Notes under the pieces: generated by a model | What the model saw: the letters and a program-made list of their open reading frames with translations, nothing else | Told to the model about the DNA's origin: nothing | Databases searched by the model: none | Made by a program: the position numbers and the translations under genes | Part shown: in pieces, positions 10,489 through 24,500 of the stretch | How positions within the stretch are numbered: the first letter of the stretch is position 1 | Layout of the letters: each line of letters opens with the position of its first letter | Virus record (IMG/VR): IMGVR_UViG_2974731583_000001 | Location: 34,668-98,667 of that record | DNA from: a virus | Lineage: Duplodnaviria > Caudoviricetes | DNA length: 64,000 nucleotides | Reading direction: 5' to 3' (one strand)

Positions 10489-13400
10489 ATCAAATACACA
10501 ATAGATAAATACATTCGCTGGCGGTATGAATACTGACTTGTCAGACATGCTTTTAAAGTCGTCTCAGTATAGATTGGCTAAAAACGTACGTTATGTCACA
10601 AATGACGAGGAGAACGGCGGAGAATTACGAATGGTCGATGGTTGTGTGTTTGGTGGAGATGTATCTGATGGTTTCATTATAGATGATGAATATAAAAACC
10701 GGTTAAAAGTACTTTATACAGGGGCTATTAGAAACTACGCAATAGCTATAGTTAAAATAGAAGTTAATGACGGAGAAAGAATTAATGTTATAGACCCACA
10801 CAACACAAGTAAAGAACTTACAAACTCTCATTGGTGGGTATTGGTTTCAAAAAATCCGTTTGAAAACGTAGACAACGACACCTATATACAAATGGATAAA
10901 TTTAAGGTTGCGTTTGGCCCTTGTGGAGCAACTCTTGGAAATAAATTAAGTGTTGTATGTAGATACGAGAACTATAATAACGTTCACGTTTATATTGCGG
11001 ACGGAATAAATCCAGTACTATCTATAAACATAGGACATGCGTTCGACGATGGATTTGTGCCAAGCAGTGATTATAACGCAATAACATCGAACCCGCAAGT
11101 AACATTTAAACGTATACAATTTGTTGATCTTGTAGACGGTGCTTTACCAGCAGGAATGGTTGAATACAGTTATCAGTACTTTAATAAGTACGGAAACGAA
11201 TCTAAGATTTCAGTACCAACAAAGCTGATACCAATTGTAAAAGGATCTGGTAATTATGCAGAAGGATATAGATCTGGAGAAACATCTAATCGTGGTGTAG
11301 AACTCCGGTTTCCAGGAAAACACGAATCGTTTGATTCTATGCGTATATATCGTATACAGTACATAGAAAACGGGCAAGCTCCTACGGTTGATGTTATATA
11401 CGAATCAAATGTCAACACAACAGATTTCTGGACATATATAGATGGTGGACAACCACCTCTGTATAATGTAACTTTAGAAGAGTATAACGCCAACAGCGGA
11501 ATACACATTATACCAAAAGTAATAGAATCCAAAGAAGATCGCTTATTTGCAGCAAATATTAAGAAAGACTTAAACTCATTCGTTTCTCAAGATATTTTAA
11601 ACTGGGATGCTAGAGCATATAGATTTCCAAAAGACAGTACAACAACCACACTGTATACTTATGGTACAACAAGTAATCCTATTACTGTAGACAACACGTA
11701 TTAGGTGCCAAAGAAACACGACTGTTGGCAATCTACAAACAACATAAATAAAGACCTTACTGAAGACGACCCGCAATATCAATATAACAGTAGTGTTGTT
11801 GGAGGAAGCGGAAAGAATATATCATGGTCTTTTAATGACATTAAAACATCTGCTGACGCAAATATTAGTGATAGTGATTATTATAGTATTCCTGGCACAA
11901 ATGGAAAACCATTATCTTTACAGGATGATAGAAGTTTGTATGTGTTAAATTACACAAAATTTGACGATGGAAATCATCTTATGGGAACTGATATTAAAGC
12001 TTCCTTAGCCAACTCAAAAACATCATACACATATCCATCGTTAAAAGCTGATGAATTATATAGATATGGTATTGTACTTTATGATAAATACGGAAACGCA
12101 AGCCCCGTAAAATGGATTGCCGATATAAGAACTCCAATAGAGTTACCAATATATACGAACGAATTTTCTGATTTAACAACGTCACAGCGTGGATTATTTT
12201 TTGATGTTAATGAACAATCTTTAATAAATGTCGGTGTAACGTCTTACGAGATAGTTAGATGTATAAGATCAGAAAAAGACATAAAGAATTTGTCTATTGG
12301 AGTATTGTCTAGACCAATAAAAAAACTTACTAACAAATATAATTTGCGCAATTCATAGGCAACAGCATCTTATCCATATACACCAAGCGGATGGCTTACT
12401 ACAGCAGATTATTGGGCAGGATCTAATAGACAATTTGACTTTAAAGATTATACTGATGAATATGAAGGGCATTGGTGGGCAGAATCAAACTGTGCAATAC
12501 GTCACGTTGATCATGACGATAATACAACGCATACTACATATAGCGAACCTAACAAATCTATATTTTAGTTTGTATCCCCAGAGGTTTGTTATTCACAAGA
12601 TTCTTTTAAGCAACTTTTACAAGGACAATCTATAAAAATTAAGCCGCTTACATATTTATATGGATATAAGTAGAGAAAAAACGATTAGGATTTTGACCAT
12701 AATTCTTCATTTTTAATATTTTATCCAGCTGAAAACAGTACGTCTAGTGGAGTATTTTTAGACTAGGTGTTATATCCAGGAAACGATTACACCAGAATGT
12801 ACGTAGAAAATACAGCTGTTGTATACAGTGAATTTCCTGGTGAGTATATTGACTTGTCTATAAATTCCGCAGAAAATTTAGATTAGCGAGATATTATAAC
12901 AAATGCATCATCTGTAGCAACGCTGTTTTATTATGGAAATAAGAAATTATCAGACTGTATTACTGGTGAAGGAGATAAAAATTATGTTGTAAACGGAAAA
13001 ACGTATAAAATGTGCTATACTCCGTCTGGATATGAAAACAACGGAGTTGGTTTTAATCAGCTTGATACAGACAAAAGATATTCGTATATAAAGTTATATA
13101 TAGCATCTGACAATATTATTGTTTCTCAATTTACTAAAGGTAATAGAAAAATAATTGAAAATAAATCAGTATCTTCTATAGGTTCTTCTGAAGTTGATGA
13201 TTTTGCGTTTGCAGACACGCTCTAGTGGGATGATTTTGCGGAGATAAAAAAATCCGGAGAAACATATTCTTTAAAATATACAAATACATCTACTGCTATA
13301 GGAAACAATTCGTTTGTAAACTGGGTGTCTAATGGAGCATACAATGTACCAGCTACTGGAGATTGGTCAACGCTTAAACTAGACCAGGCAAATTTACAAG

Positions 13401-15223
13401 ACGACATGCTTCTGCAAACAAATGTTGTCATGGGCCCAGGTGGTGCTTGTATGTTATTAAACATAAAAGATGCAGATGTTGCATTATGGAATTCTGCTGC
13501 TGTTCCAAACAATTAGTTTAAGGATACTACAAGTTATATGTATTCTTGTAGTGTTCTTAATGGAGCTATAGTCGGTGGTGGTAGAAAAATATATGTTGTA
13601 CCAGAAAGCAGACTTGGTACATTTTTGTGTAGTATACAACATACAATAACACCGTATAGCGGATTCTCATACGAAAACAGAAAACAGGATATATATTATA
13701 GCTTTGGAGATTTATTTGTTCCTACAGAAGTTGGAACTTCACAAACACACCTTAATCTCCCAGAAGGATGGTATAGACGTCCTGTATTCAACGGCGACTG
13801 TTACAGACAAGCAATGGAATATGTATCACAGCACAAATATTATTTTGCACCAAATAAGTATACAAAGAATGCTTGTGTTGTATATTCGTTCCCAACAGAA
13901 TCGTCTATAAACCTTGCATTTACTGATGGATTTGAATTCCATAAAAACAACGCTCCAACAGAGATACAAGAAAAACCAGCAGATGTATACAAGAAGTTTG
14001 TTTAGACAAAGTCTTTATATAGATACAACCCAGTATATAGCGCACACAGTACAGCTCATCCAAAAGCAATGCAGCTTGATAGAAGCGATTACGATATAGA
14101 ATTTGATACAAGATGTTTCTACTCTAACGTAAAGAGTAATAACGAAAATACTGATAATTGGTTGCATTTTATGCCAGCAAACTTTATCGACGTTGATAGT
14201 AGAAAAGGCCCAATAACGAACCTAAGAACATTTAATAACCAGCTGTTCTTTTGGCAAACAGACGGTACCGGAATATTATCCGTAAACGAGAGAGCTGCTG
14301 TTTCCGATCAATCTGGACTTCCATTGATGCTTGGTACAGGCGGAGTATTAGAGAGATTTGATTACCTTAATACTGCTTGTGGCATGAAAGAAAACGAATT
14401 TGCAGATGCTCAATCTGATTCTGTACTATATTGGTGGGATCATACAAGAAAAGAACTTTGTGCACATGCTGCAGGAAATGGTCTTGGCGTAAATTCTCTA
14501 TCAAAAGAAAAAGGAGTACAGAATTTGATAAACGTTAAGGCTAAACAAAACCTATTGGCATCAGATCCAACTCTGATATACGATAAGAAGTATAATGAGC
14601 TTATTGCCTATATAGCAACAACAGCAGAAGATGATACTACTAAAGATGGCACACCATCTGAAAAAATTACAGCTACAGACGACGGTTCTATGATATATAG
14701 TGAACTTACTGGACAGTTTGTTTCTTTAGTAGATGTATATCCAAAACACGCAATATAGTTTGGAGATAAAATATATATGATGTCTGACAAGGATGCAAAC
14801 GACAAATACTTGTGGTTATGGAACTATCAAGAGTGCAAGAAAAACCCTGATGTTTCGTATGTAAGAGGATTTTCTAATATGCTTTATCCGTACGTAAAGT
14901 ACGTCATAAACGACAATAATACATTCCCAAAAGTATTTGATAATATTACATTCGGCGGAAGATTTTATGGTGGTGACAAAGAAGATATTACTCCGTTACG
15001 TTTCAAGTTTAAGACACCGCTAAAACAACAAGGTGATGCTGATGGAACTTCTGTAGAGAATAGAGAATACGACTTTAGAATGGCTATTCCTCGTCATAAA
15101 AATTCGCAGTATGGAGATAGATTAAGAGGAAAAACAATGCAGTGTGAGATGTGGTCTTTAAAATCTGACGTAGACTTTTCATTGCAATATATAACAACTA
15201 AATATAGAATATCTTGGGTATGA
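10478..15223 (+). CDS. Tail stabilisation / muzzle protein (Tstab), 1,581 aa, about 12 in-frame TAG
   Basis: N-terminal *INTFAGGMNTD; ELYRYGIVLYDKYG..SPVKWIADIRTP; IF*FVSPE; NFIDVDS..GPIT.L; C-terminal RLRGK. Track ORFs 10526-15223 are all in one frame. Gaps were read by hand and contain only TAG. Confidence 0.85.
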
Positions 15224-16029
15224 GTGAAAATAAAAAATTTAATCTTGGTGAAACAGTATAGAAAGCCATGCCAGGAGCAATATCTTTTGTAGGTAGTGCT
15301 ATAAATGCGTTTTCACCAACTAAAAATACACAACAGTTGCTTTCAGATGCAGGAACGTCTACAGGATATATAAACGGTATAGCATATCAACAATAGAATG
15401 CCGTTGATCAGTCTAGAGAGATGTCAGAGCTATCTAAAGAAAATACATCAAATACGCTTGGTATGGCTGCTGCTGGAGCATCATTGGGATCTTCATTAGG
15501 CCCAATTGGTTCTGTTGTAGGAGGAGCTATTGGAGCTATAGGTGGCTTGTTTGGAGCGTCTCGTAGAAAACGACAACTTAGAAGAAAAATATTTAATGCA
15601 CAACAACTTACATATAGAACAAACAATAGTGCACAAGCTTCTGCAAACAGTGATTTCTTAGAACAAAACGAAGCTTTAAAATACGGACCGTCTGATGGTG
15701 GGCAGCAAATGTTTATAAACGCATACCATGGTAAAGATTCTGGTACACCGATAATATAGTCTTCTGTAGGTAGATTGCTGGGTAGACCAAACGCAAGAGT
15801 TGCTGGTCAAGAAAGTATTGTAGATAACATACACGACCCTTACAACACAACAGGACATATTGTTCGTTAGGGACAACGTGGTGTAGATGGCCCATTAGCA
15901 CACGTAAACGACGGAACTGTTATATTTGGCAATGACGTAGATCTTGCAACAGGAATTAAATTTATGGACGAAGCTGCTCCATATACTGCAGCTATTGAAA
16001 TGATAAATAAGAAATATGGTAAACAATAA
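15220..16029 (+). CDS. Cargo/ejection protein, N-terminal part (glycine-zipper TM), 269 aa, 4 in-frame TAG
   Basis: ATGA overlap with the muzzle gene. GMAAAGASLGSSLGPIGSVVGGAIGAIGGLFGA hydrophobic zipper. Ends at TAA 16027-16029 (see frameshift finding). Confidence 0.65.
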
Positions 16030-17086
16030 AATAAAAGAGCTTAGAGGTAGGCTTGGTGAAGAAACAAATAAGCTGCAATAGCAAGAAGTTGCAAAACTAA
16101 AAGCACCATATGTACAAGCGCTGCAAGACATAGCCTATAGACAACAGTAGCAACACGAAGCGATGCAACAACCAGCAGACTATAAAGGTATTCCAGGATA
16201 TGCTGACGGTAAAGATATAACGGGCATTGTGGCATATGGACAAAATAAGATACCAAGATATACTTTATTTGGTAATCCGCTGGCTAATCCCATTATACCA
16301 AACATTCCAAAAATAAAAATTGGTGCTCAACCAGACATGTTGTCTACGTAGCCAGCACCACAAGGCATACCTACACCAACTCCAGAAGTGTCGATTCCTG
16401 GGGCAGATGAACACGGCAACACTTGGAATGATGAAGATAAAAATCCAAACATAAACGGAATATATAAGATAAACAACAGGGATAATCTTATAGCATCTAT
16501 TGCTGGAATGGGCATGTCTCTTGGTCAATACCTTGATGCAAAAGGACAAGATATAAGGACTCCAGATATATATGCTGCAAATCCATATGAAAGACAAGCT
16601 TTGTCTACAATGGCAAATATAAGAATAAGTCCATATGCAGCAATGAACAAGGTTAGAGATATGAACCGTGTTGCAGCTAGACTTATAAATACTTCTGGTG
16701 GGTTATCCGGTGGACAAAAATACAGTGCTCTTGTTGGTTCTATGCTCGGTACACAGAGAAATATGGCAGATGTACTTACAAGCACACAAGCACAAAATAA
16801 CCAGTATAGACAACAATACGCACAGCTTGCTGGAGAACTTGGAGCTAAAGATGCTGCTAATAGAATGGCTGCAAACCAATACAACACCGAATACGCAGCT
16901 AAAGCACATGCCGCAAGACAGCAAGGAATGCAACAAGGTATGACTAACTTCTTAGGCCAATTACAGCAGTATATAGCAAATAAAAATTCTGCAGATATGT
17001 ACAACGGAATGCGCGCTATATATCAGTAGGATGTCGATCTAAGAAAATAGGCGATAAAGCCAAGAACAAAAAATAAAAAACGATAA
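16016..17086 (+). CDS. Cargo/ejection protein, C-terminal part (Gln/Ala/Met-rich), 356 aa, 5 in-frame TAG
   Basis: Frame +1 relative to the previous ORF. ATG at 16016. Joins track ORFs 16163 and 16388 and ends at TAA 17084-17086. Confidence 0.6.
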
Positions 17087-17089
17087 TTT

Positions 17090-18565
17090 ATGGTATACGC
17101 ATACGATTAGTGGGCGCCACTACCCACAAAAGATTTATATAATACTCAGCTGATGTTAGCCTCTATAAATGCTGCTAAGGATATGTATGATAAAGCAGAA
17201 TCAGCACTAAAAGAGTATTATACAAAGTACGGCGACTTTTATAGCCCAATAAAAAAAGACGTAGATTGGTATCAACGAAACGTAATAGATCCAGTACAAA
17301 CTACTATATCTAATATGTACGATTCTGGCGTAGATCCATTACGATCTGCTGAAGGAAGATCACAGCTCATGCGATTGGCTACAAGTGCTCCTGTTGGAGA
17401 AATAAACAAAAGAAAAGTTGCGGCAAAGATGGCGGAGGAATATTTAAAAAACGTTGGTCAATTACAAGCATAGAACAAATACGATCCGGAGTTTGAAAAA
17501 TTTGTTTTAGCACAGCAAGGAATTCCAATGTTAGATTCTTGGGATACTGGCGTAAACGGAATATGGACAAGAACCGCTCCCGCTGAATTTTAGACCCTTA
17601 ACCAAGCAACAGCCCATTGGTTTGATAATATGGAAGGTAGCGATAAAGGTACCAAAGGAGGATATAATTATTTTGGAATAGACGATTCTGATTTGGAAGA
17701 TGTTGCAAATCCACATATACAAGGATTTACAGACAGTCTTCTTGGAAAATATTACTTAAGTAAAATCAGAGATAGAGTTTCTTCAGAGAATCCATACAGG
17801 TCACCGAAAGAAATTGAGAATATATCGAGAGGTCAATTGCTGAAAGAAGTTGCACAATCTCAAAAGGAGCGTAAGTTTATGAAGCGAGATGCAGACAAGT
17901 TTGCATTGATGGCAAAACAAAACGAATACGATGTTGCAAGGGAAGACCGGAGACATAAACACGCAATGTAGGAAGCTGCTGCTTCAAGAGGTTATGATAA
18001 TGGAAATATGATGCTTAGTGTGTTTGATCAATTAAACGCATATGCAGCAAATGGTATAATACATCCGCAAGCTAGAAACACTACACAATTTGCACACATT
18101 TCACCCACAACAAACCCAAGGAATCAGTGGATTGCACCGGTTGCTGCAGGAATTAAACAGAAACTAAACACCAAATCCAAAGAATATTATTACGAAGTTC
18201 CGGTGTCACAGTTATCTACTCTTGTTAGAATGTGGAATAAACGAAACGCAGCACAAGATATACAAACACTTGACAAAAACATGATTGGCAAAACTGTAGT
18301 GTTTAATCCTACTGGAGAATATACATTACAGATAGATGCTCACGGTAATCCACATTACTATTCTCTTGGTACTATTAGTACACGACATAAGAAAAATCAG
18401 GAAATTACTCTTGATCCACTCACCACTAGCCGCAAGAAAGATCCTAACTTTTTATATAAAATGGAAGTTAAAAAAGAACAACTTAATTTCGAATAGAATT
18501 TACAAGGTAAAAAATTAGTATCTTCTGGCATACCAGAAACGAATCCAGTTTATAATCATCGTTAA
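17090..18565 (+). CDS. Cargo/ejection protein, 491 aa, 5 in-frame TAG
   Basis: MVYAYD*WAPLPTKDLYNTQLM... joins track ORFs 17153, 17630 and 18008. Ends TAA 3 nt before the giant gene. Confidence 0.7.
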
Positions 18566-18568
18566 CAT

Positions 18569-21500
18569 ATGAGTAATATACAAACACCATTAAGGCCTGT
18601 GAGTAAGATAAACTTTGCAGGCCTTGATAAACCTTCGTATACAGAACAAACCTATTTTGGACAGCGTGCATTATCTGCAAAAAGACAATATGACGAGCGT
18701 AAGAAGGCTAAGGAAAAAGAAAAGGCAGAAAGAATTGCTGCCGATAATGCGCGTATAAAAAGAAATAGGGAAATACAGCGTCGTAGATACGAACGGGAAA
18801 AACAAGAAAGCTTACAGCGTAGACGTAAGTGGGAGTTAGAAAACGAACAGGAAAAAAGAAACGCCGATGACCTATATAATAAACAAGTTACCAGTTGGAT
18901 TGACAACCAGTTTAAGAAGGTAAATATCGATCCAAATGGTGTTATAGGTAACATTGCAAAATTCGTAGGAATTAGAAACAAGCTAGCCCTCGTAGCTGAA
19001 CTTAAAAACGCTATTGGATCTCTTGCAGAAAGTAGTATAGAAGTAAACGGAGAGACAATATTTGGTAAGAAAACAGAGGCAGAGTTGAAAATAAAAGCTG
19101 CACAAGCGCACGATAAACTTGTAAACACTCGCAAGCAGTATAAAGATATTACAGACCAAATTCAAAATTTTGAGGCACAATATCTAAAACACCAAGATTA
19201 TATAAACAATCACAAAGACGACCCTTCTGTAAAAAGTATTCTAGAACAGAGAAATTTGTTACATCAGACTCAGCAGGAATTGAAACAGCAATTAAACGAT
19301 CCTACACTTGTTGGATTAGACGATTCATACAAAGAGTTTTATGTAAAAAATAAGCGTGGCATTGTGGGTAATTTGTGGGAACTTGCAAAGCAGGCGACAG
19401 ATCCAATATTAAAGGGGTGGAATCCACAGAGACTTAGACAGTATTATAAAAACAAAGTCGATGAAGAATACAACAACTACCTTGGAGAGGATATGTCTAA
19501 AAATCCAAAAGATCACCAAGAAGTAGAGCGCAGTAATACAAAAAGCATGATCAAACAAGCAAACGCAGAAATAGCCGTTTTGCAAAAAGATTATGAAGAT
19601 AATAGAAATCATTTACGAGAAAGCAAACGCTTCTGGGATGTGATGAACGGATACAAAAAGGAAACAGAAGCACATCAAAATGACCCTTTGTATAATCCAT
19701 TATATTGGCGATATGAAATGGCTCCAATGATTGGTAGCTCAATGTCGTCACCATCTCAAGCAGCAGGAACTATACTTAAAACAGCAGCTACGGTAGGAGG
19801 AACATTACTTGCTCCGTATACTGGTGGTACTAGTTTAGCTGCATTGCCTGTATCTGAAATAGCAGCTACCCCATTAGAAATAGCTGGCGGATTTGATGAA
19901 AACTATGCTGAAATTGCAACAAGACGTGCTGAAAACGTACAAGCATTACTTAAAGATGATCTGACAAAAACAGCAACAGCTGCTCAAAAAGGATATGACA
20001 GTACAATTAGCGAATTAAAAAAGAGAGACGCCGAATATTGGAAATCACAAGGATGGTCAGATAAAGAAATAAAAGATTATCTTGAAGGAGATGAAGGAGA
20101 TAAAAACGCAATACGCGATCATTTAATGGGATTTACTTCGTCTGGTAAATTTAAGCCATACAACAACCCACAATTCCAAGATGCGGTTTTAAACTCTATG
20201 CAAGGCCTGCAGGCACAATTCCAAGGAGATAATGCTCGTACTATGTATGACATTGCATTCCAAAAGATATTACTTGCAGCAGCCCCGCTAAAGTGGTTAA
20301 AGTCTTACGGCATTACTAAAAAAGCAGGTAGTACTGTTAAAGCTGCTATTTCTAATACAAAGAATGCAATATCAAAGGCAAAAGGTGCATACCTTGAAAA
20401 ATACGGAACAAAAGAACAGAAGGTTGCATCAATGCTCGGCAAGAATATAGACGACTATGAAACTTCTTCTATTGCAAAAGCTGCCGCTAAACCATATAAT
20501 GCTCCGACAGAAGCTGCAGCAGAAACTACAGTTTCTAAATATAGAAATGGTTTTAGAAAACCACAATATACAACTAAAGACGCTGTAAAAAAAGGATGGA
20601 ACATTGGTTCTGAAGTTGGAGAAATGACCGGAACTGGTGTTGTAGGACACATGGCAGGAGGAGCTCTTGGTGTTGCTGTCGGTACTGCAGGAAGAGGTGC
20701 TGTACAATTAGCAAAAAAGATGTTGCCTGCAAGAACTGCTGCCGCTCTCGAATCTATTGCAGACAAAGCTGTAATGAAATATCATACAGTACTAAATGCA
20801 ATATATGGTAATGCGCCTCTTCGAAGAACACTTACTAAATATGGTCTAAAGACACTTGGATCTCAATCTGCTGTTGCATTAAATGAATCATACGAAGAAG
20901 CTGTTCAGTCTTTAAATAGTAAAAAAGACTTTGGTTCTGAATATGGATTTGCTGGTGGAGATTTAGGTTCTCTTTTAATAAACGACGCTGCACAAGGAGG
21001 TAGAGTGTTTGACGCATATATGGCAATGCTTGGTATTGGCGAATCACCTTTAGCGAACGACATGGACTTTTTAGCAGAGGCTCGTGGTGGTGCAGCTCTT
21101 GGTTTCTTTGGATTAGGAAACGTTACGTCTGTGGTAAATGTTGGAACATCTATCAACGACGTATATAAAGAATATCAAACAAATAAGTTGTTATATACTC
21201 CGGCGATATTAAACCGCGAATATAGTAAAAAGAGTAGAGCAGCAAACGCTATATTTGCAAAAATGGCAATGCGCGGAAATTCACAACACGTTATGGAGGC
21301 TATCGAGGACATGGAGAATAGGGATCGTTATAGTGAAGATCCTACATATTCTCAAGAAGATTACGACGAGCGCAAACAAGAAATACGCCGCGTAATGAGC
21401 ATGACCAATGATACAAACATTAGAAAACTAATGGAGCAAAACGGTATTAAATATAATACTGATGAATATGCCACTGCAATTGCTGATTTAGCAAACATTG

Positions 21501-24500
21501 ATGAAGCCAGACGCGATAACAACAAGCAAAGAAAGGATGTAGATTCACGTATATAGAATATACTTGCTAGTGATGTATTTAAGAATGCTATCGATCAATA
21601 CATAGATAAAAACGTATACAATGCTCCAGAATTAGAAAGACAGCGTATTGAAGCTTCTGCACAGAAAGAGCTCCACGATCGTTTTATAAATCGAATAGAA
21701 CAGGCAGAAGAGTAGGTTATGCGAAAACTTCTAAAGGTAGAAGATGGTCAACCATTAGATAAAAACAGCAGTGAGTATCGCAAAATGCGTAGATCATCTA
21801 CATTTACTAGAAGGATGTATGAGCACTCTAGAGAGATTAAGCAGTCTTGGGAAGATGAAAAGGCTAACATAAATAAAACACTAGATACAAACTTCCGCAG
21901 ATATACTGTAGATAAAATAGCACTTGCTTCTGAATTGCGCGCACTGTTACGTTTAAAAAACAGGCATAATAAGATAGATTCTTTCTTTAATATGCTGCAA
22001 GACAGATTTAATTTAAAGGCACAGCGCCCAGATGCAGCTACTATTAGACAGAGCATAAACGAAAGAATTGATTTACTTAAGCACAAATTATCTGATGTTG
22101 TTAGTCAAACAGTAGATGAATTTGACACGGGACTTTCTGATACCGATATGCTAAAGCATATAGAATCTATGGATATAGCTTATGAAAACAGCGAACTCGA
22201 TGATCTGTTTGCCCATAGAGCGATGTTAGACGCGGATAAAAAAGTCACAGATAAATACTATAACACGTTTACAGACGGAATTGTATATCATGAAGGAAAA
22301 CCTGTATACAATCCAACGCAACGAAAAAAAGAAGATGAGCTGGATAAAAAAATAAAGACGGCAACAAATTCTGGAAACCTAGAACAGGCTCTTAATTTAA
22401 TTAAACAAAGAAACGAATTAGAGTATGATTCTGAAGGAGAGGTAAAAGAAAGACAATCATCAAAAGCTTTACGTAGAGTGCGTGCTATAATGCAGGCAGA
22501 ACAGGATAACAACGCTATCGACCACGCAATAAACGATATTGCCAGCGGAGACTTTGTTACAAAGCTATATGAAACTTTCGAAGAGGAAGAGATTGCTGCA
22601 AACGCTAAAGCAAATTCAAACGATCTTGTATCTGATGATGACATTACACGTGTTGAAACTGCTACTCCTTCTACACAAGAAACGAGTACTTCTCAAACAA
22701 ATGATCGTACATATAGATTGACAGAAGACGAGAAAAAACAGGCAAAGTCTAGAGCATTTAAGATGAAGCGTAGTAGACTTTTGAACAATATGCAAAACTC
22801 TATTAAAGACCTGTATAAAAAGTTTGGGGGTAACGCGTACATTGGATTATCTCCAGAACAACTTGCTTCGTTTGTTGCTGTTACTGCTAAAAATGCATTA
22901 CTTTCTTCTGAATATATACTTTCTTATGCTACACAAGGATTAGATAAGATAGATGAGGTTCTAGACAAAAACACATTTGTAAAAAATGCTCTAGAGTATA
23001 TTAAAACAAAAGCTTCTAGTAGAGATCAAGCTATATTAAACAAACTGTTTGGTACAGACGATAACAAAAAGCAAGAAGTTCTTACTAAAATATTAGAAGA
23101 AATGCATCCAACTTACGCAGAACAAGTAAAAGATGTACTGTTGGAAAGTATGGATGATACTACAGGAAGTACCGATGTTATAGTAAACGATACAGATAAA
23201 AACAACAATAAGTTTAATTATGACGATCTTCGTACAAACCTAGAAAAAGATTAGGAGAACGTTGATGAAGATGTATCTGGTTACTTTGATGTAGTGACAA
23301 AAGGAGATGGCAACATATATCCAAATAGATTTGCGCTAAATAACCATACAAAAGAAGTTAGTGGTATAAGAGATGCATTTATTGAAGCCCGTAAACAAAG
23401 TGATAAATTTAATGACACAGCATCTGCATCAAATGCGTTTATAAACTATCTGTTAAATGATAAAAGTATTACTGCAATATCTAGATCCGAACGCAACAAT
23501 ATAACAGATCAATAGTTTAAATAGTTTGTCGGTTCATATTTTAAATATAAAGATATACAGGGTATAGAAGACGTTTTTACAAGAGCTTTACTGTCGCTTG
23601 CTGAAACTACTACGAAGAACGATAATAATAGAAACACGCTAAAAGTTGCGGATGATGTTAAAAACGCGATATGTTCGGCACTGTCTTTAAAATCTCCAAA
23701 CGATGCTTTAAAATACAGTCTCGACCAGGTATTTAAATATGAGCATAGTGATTAGTACATTTCTGAAATTGCCACACAAGTTAAAAATGTTGAAAAATGG
23801 ATTGAGCAGCAAGGATATTCTTTAATAGATGTTTATAAAAACAACATTTATGGTTTTGTTGATGGTATCGCAACTTCTTGTATGTTAGATATACTTGCTG
23901 TAAATGAAGACGGCGATGCTATATTGATAGACGTTTATGTAACAAAAGGAGATTTAACTTTAAACAAGCTCCCGTTGGTCAGAACTGAAGAAATGCTTTC
24001 TGAGTGTGAGAAAATATTACAACAGAATTATGGCATTCGTAACGTAACTAAATATATATTACCTTTACACAGAACTTCAGTAGATATTTCTTTTTCTGGT
24101 AATACAGCAAAAGACAATATAATACCTGTTTCTGAAAATGCACAGCAGAACGAAGATCTGAGTTCGTATAAAGTAACTGCGAAAAATTTAGTAAATGCGA
24201 TAAATGAAACAATTGATAAAATCAATAGTTCATTGACCGATAAATCTAAAACCATTGCTTATGAAATGCTCGATGAGCAACCGGGCAAAAAAGAGTATAA
24301 AAATTATATAGACACTCTACAAAAGAGACTGACTCAAGTACAAAACGACCTATCTAATAAGATTGGAAAAGAAGAAGAGGTTCGTCTTGCACAAGAAGAG
24401 GTTCTTCATGAAACAGTAGATCGGGCTGATGCAACAGAATTTTATTCTATATTGCCGTATTTATTGGAGTACGGTGACGATTTAGACTCTCACGGAAAAG

